Positions 61,801-64,000 of a stretch of 64,000 nt of DNA are shown piece after piece (within the stretch, counting starts at the first letter, position 1; each line of letters begins with the position of its first letter). Source of the DNA: Fistulifera solaris. Lineage: Eukaryota. Made by a program: the position numbers and the translations under genes. The stretch is taken from positions 310,001 to 374,000 of the forward strand of contig AP026125.1 in assembly GCA_030295235.1 (NCBI GenBank), given 5' to 3'. The notes below the pieces were generated by a model. It saw only the letters and a program-made list of their open reading frames with translations. It ran no database searches and was not told the origin of the DNA.

Positions 61801-64000
61801 ACGCATATAGCCGAGATAATGTCCAGAACAGTCAGAGTCGGATCAGATCGTACACCATACGAGATACTAACTGGTGATACCGACATTTCTGAGTACATCG
61901 ACTTCGATTTCTACGATTGGGTATGGTTCTATAACAAACCGAACGATAAAGAAGCTCCACCCGAAATCGGAAGATGGCTTGGGGTCTCGCATCGCGTTGG
62001 CGCTTCTATGTGCTACTTCGTTTTGACTCAGAAAGGGGTCGTTTTGTCGAGATCGTCAGTACAACCAATTAATCTACAGGAGGAACTGTCCGATGAGGTA
62101 CGATCACGGATGGAGAAGTTCGATGTAGAAATTAATGGGAGGTTGGCCAATGACAAGTTCATCAGTGATGATATTACGACAGGAATCATCTACCTTGAAG
62201 ACGACGATCCAGTCGCTGAAGGAGAGGAAAAGAGTCCAATCCTGGAAGCCGATGACGTTTGGGATGTCAATGCATACGATCATTATCTCAATGCGGAAAT
62301 ATTACTCCCAGTTGGTGACGGCAGGATCGCCGGAACCGTCATTGAAAGGAAAACGAGACTCGGATGGCAAGCCGATTGGTGTGAGACACCAAGTGCCAAT
62401 GATGGATACAAGGTTGTACAGAGTCAAACTTGCTGACGAACGGTTAGGGAACTTTTCAGCGAATAACATTGCCGAATGTATGTTCTCTGAAGTTGACAGT
62501 GAGGGACGCTCGTGTCGACTACTGAAGGAAATATCAGACCATCGAAAGGATAAAACGGCGATCAATAAAGCGGATGGTATATTCGTTTTCAACAAACGAG
62601 AATACAAGAAGAAGACGACGCGTGGTTGGTACCTTCTAGTCGAATGGATGGAAGGGTATTCCGACTGGGTTCCGTTGAAAGATTTGAAAGAAGCGTATCC
62701 AGTGCAAGTAGCAGAATATGCGAAAGCAAACAACATCCATGACGAACCGGCATTTGCATGGTGGGTAGGAGATGTTCTTCAGAAACGAAACACTATCCTA
62801 GCAAAAGTTAAGTCGAGATACTGGAAAACGACGCACAAGTTTGGCATTCGAATTCCGAAAACTGTGCAGGAAGCTCTTCAAATTGACAAGGATACCGGAA
62901 CTGATTTTTGGCGTCGGGCAATTGAAAAGGAAATGGGAAAAATCAGCGCTATGGGCACATTCGAAAGGTGGAATGGCGGCTCGGCAGAAGATATTCGGAG
63001 CGGCAAAGTCAAACTACCGGGATTTCGAGAAATAAAGTGTCACATGATATTTGACATCAAAATGGATGGCAAGTTTACACGAAAGGCAAGATTCGTGGCT
63101 GATGGTAACATGACTGGCGAATTGCCAGCTTACATGACATACTCGACAGTCGTATCGAGAGAAAGTGTCCGCATTGCATTTCTGCACGCAGCGCTCAATG
63201 ATTTGGATATCTTGGGTTGCGACGTAACAAATGCGTATCTCAACGCACCATGTCAGGAGAAGATATGGGTTGCAGCAGGTCTCCGAATTTGGAGATGATT
63301 TGAGAGGAGCTTGCATGATAATTCGGCGTTGTATGGTCTCAAGACTTCAGGATCGAGTTGGCGCAAAACACTTTCCGAGACCTTAAATGACATGAAGTAC
63401 GTTTCGACGATGGCGGACCCCGATGTCTACCGACGCCGAAGTATCAAAAAGAACGGTGATCACTACTACGAATTCGTTTTGACTTATGTCGACGATATTT
63501 TATGCGTGAGTGAAAACCGAAAGCTACGATGGATATACTCAGTAAGGTTTATGCACTGAGAGACGAAGCCGAGGAACCCGACAGGTATCTTGGCGCCAAT
63601 GTAGCGAAAGCACAATTGAATGATGGACGCACCGCATGGTCTTTATCAAGTGATGATTATGTCAAGGGTGCGATCGATATTGTGAAAGGCATGCTCGCTA
63701 AGGACAAAAGTTACTTAAAGACAAGAGGTAACGAGCGGCCAATGCCAGAGAACTACCGTCCAGAGGAGGATACAACACGCTGAATTGACGCCAGAACTAG
63801 CGACAAGATATCAACAACTTATCGGAATGTTGCGATGGGATGTGAACTTGGAAGAGTGGACATTTTGCTTGAAGTGTCGTTACTTTCACATCATTTGTGT
63901 TTGCCAAGAGAGGGACATCTCGAAGCAGTTTACAAGATCTTCGCTTATTTGGACAACCACAACAAATCCAACATGGTCTTTGATCCCAAAGTAATACATC
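58542..64000 (+). mobile_element. Ty1/copia LTR retrotransposon of the diatom CoDi type (5' LTR, gag, protease, integrase, RT; runs off the window)
   Basis: gag DGRAAWKRLCHHYDG; protease CELDSHADTTC (~60503); integrase DTMF…GIPQKIVTD…TEPYSHWQNRAE; chromo-like WYLLVEW…WVPLKDLKE; RT CHMIFDIKMD…KARFVADG, DVTNAYL, ALYGLK, YVDD. Domain order PR-IN-RT. Confidence 0.96.

Overview
Gene-dense eukaryotic nuclear DNA with short GT-AG introns, almost certainly from a pennate diatom. Support: bipartite signal peptide + 'AF' plastid presequences, a CoDi-type copia element and diatom-style orphan families. Fistulifera-like is a guess only. I see about 27 protein-coding genes, mostly in alternating divergent/convergent pairs: ZW10, ValRS, a RecQ helicase, plastid bS21, a silicanin-like protein, PP2C, CNOT3, DHAR, a coiled-coil protein, UVRAG/VPS38, VAC14, a glycosyltransferase-like protein, SAS10/UTP3, cyclophilin H, Fd-GOGAT, two tandem RNI/LRR-like paralogs, a GNAT protein, MCM4, a GET2/CAML-like protein, mtHSP70, WSS1 and several hypotheticals. 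The last ~5.5 kb is the 5' part of a Ty1/copia LTR retrotransposon. Most genes, including essential ones, carry 1-2 nt indels, many in homopolymers, which points to unpolished long-read assembly rather than real pseudogenes. I found no tRNA, rRNA or CRISPR and no clearly new multi-gene system. Best leads: a divergent silicanin-like protein with RXL motifs and three C-terminal TM helices, a two-Cys C-terminal extension on Fd-GOGAT, an unusual RecQ architecture, a candidate GET2, and recurrent intergenic motifs. All gene models were read by eye and boundaries are approximate.
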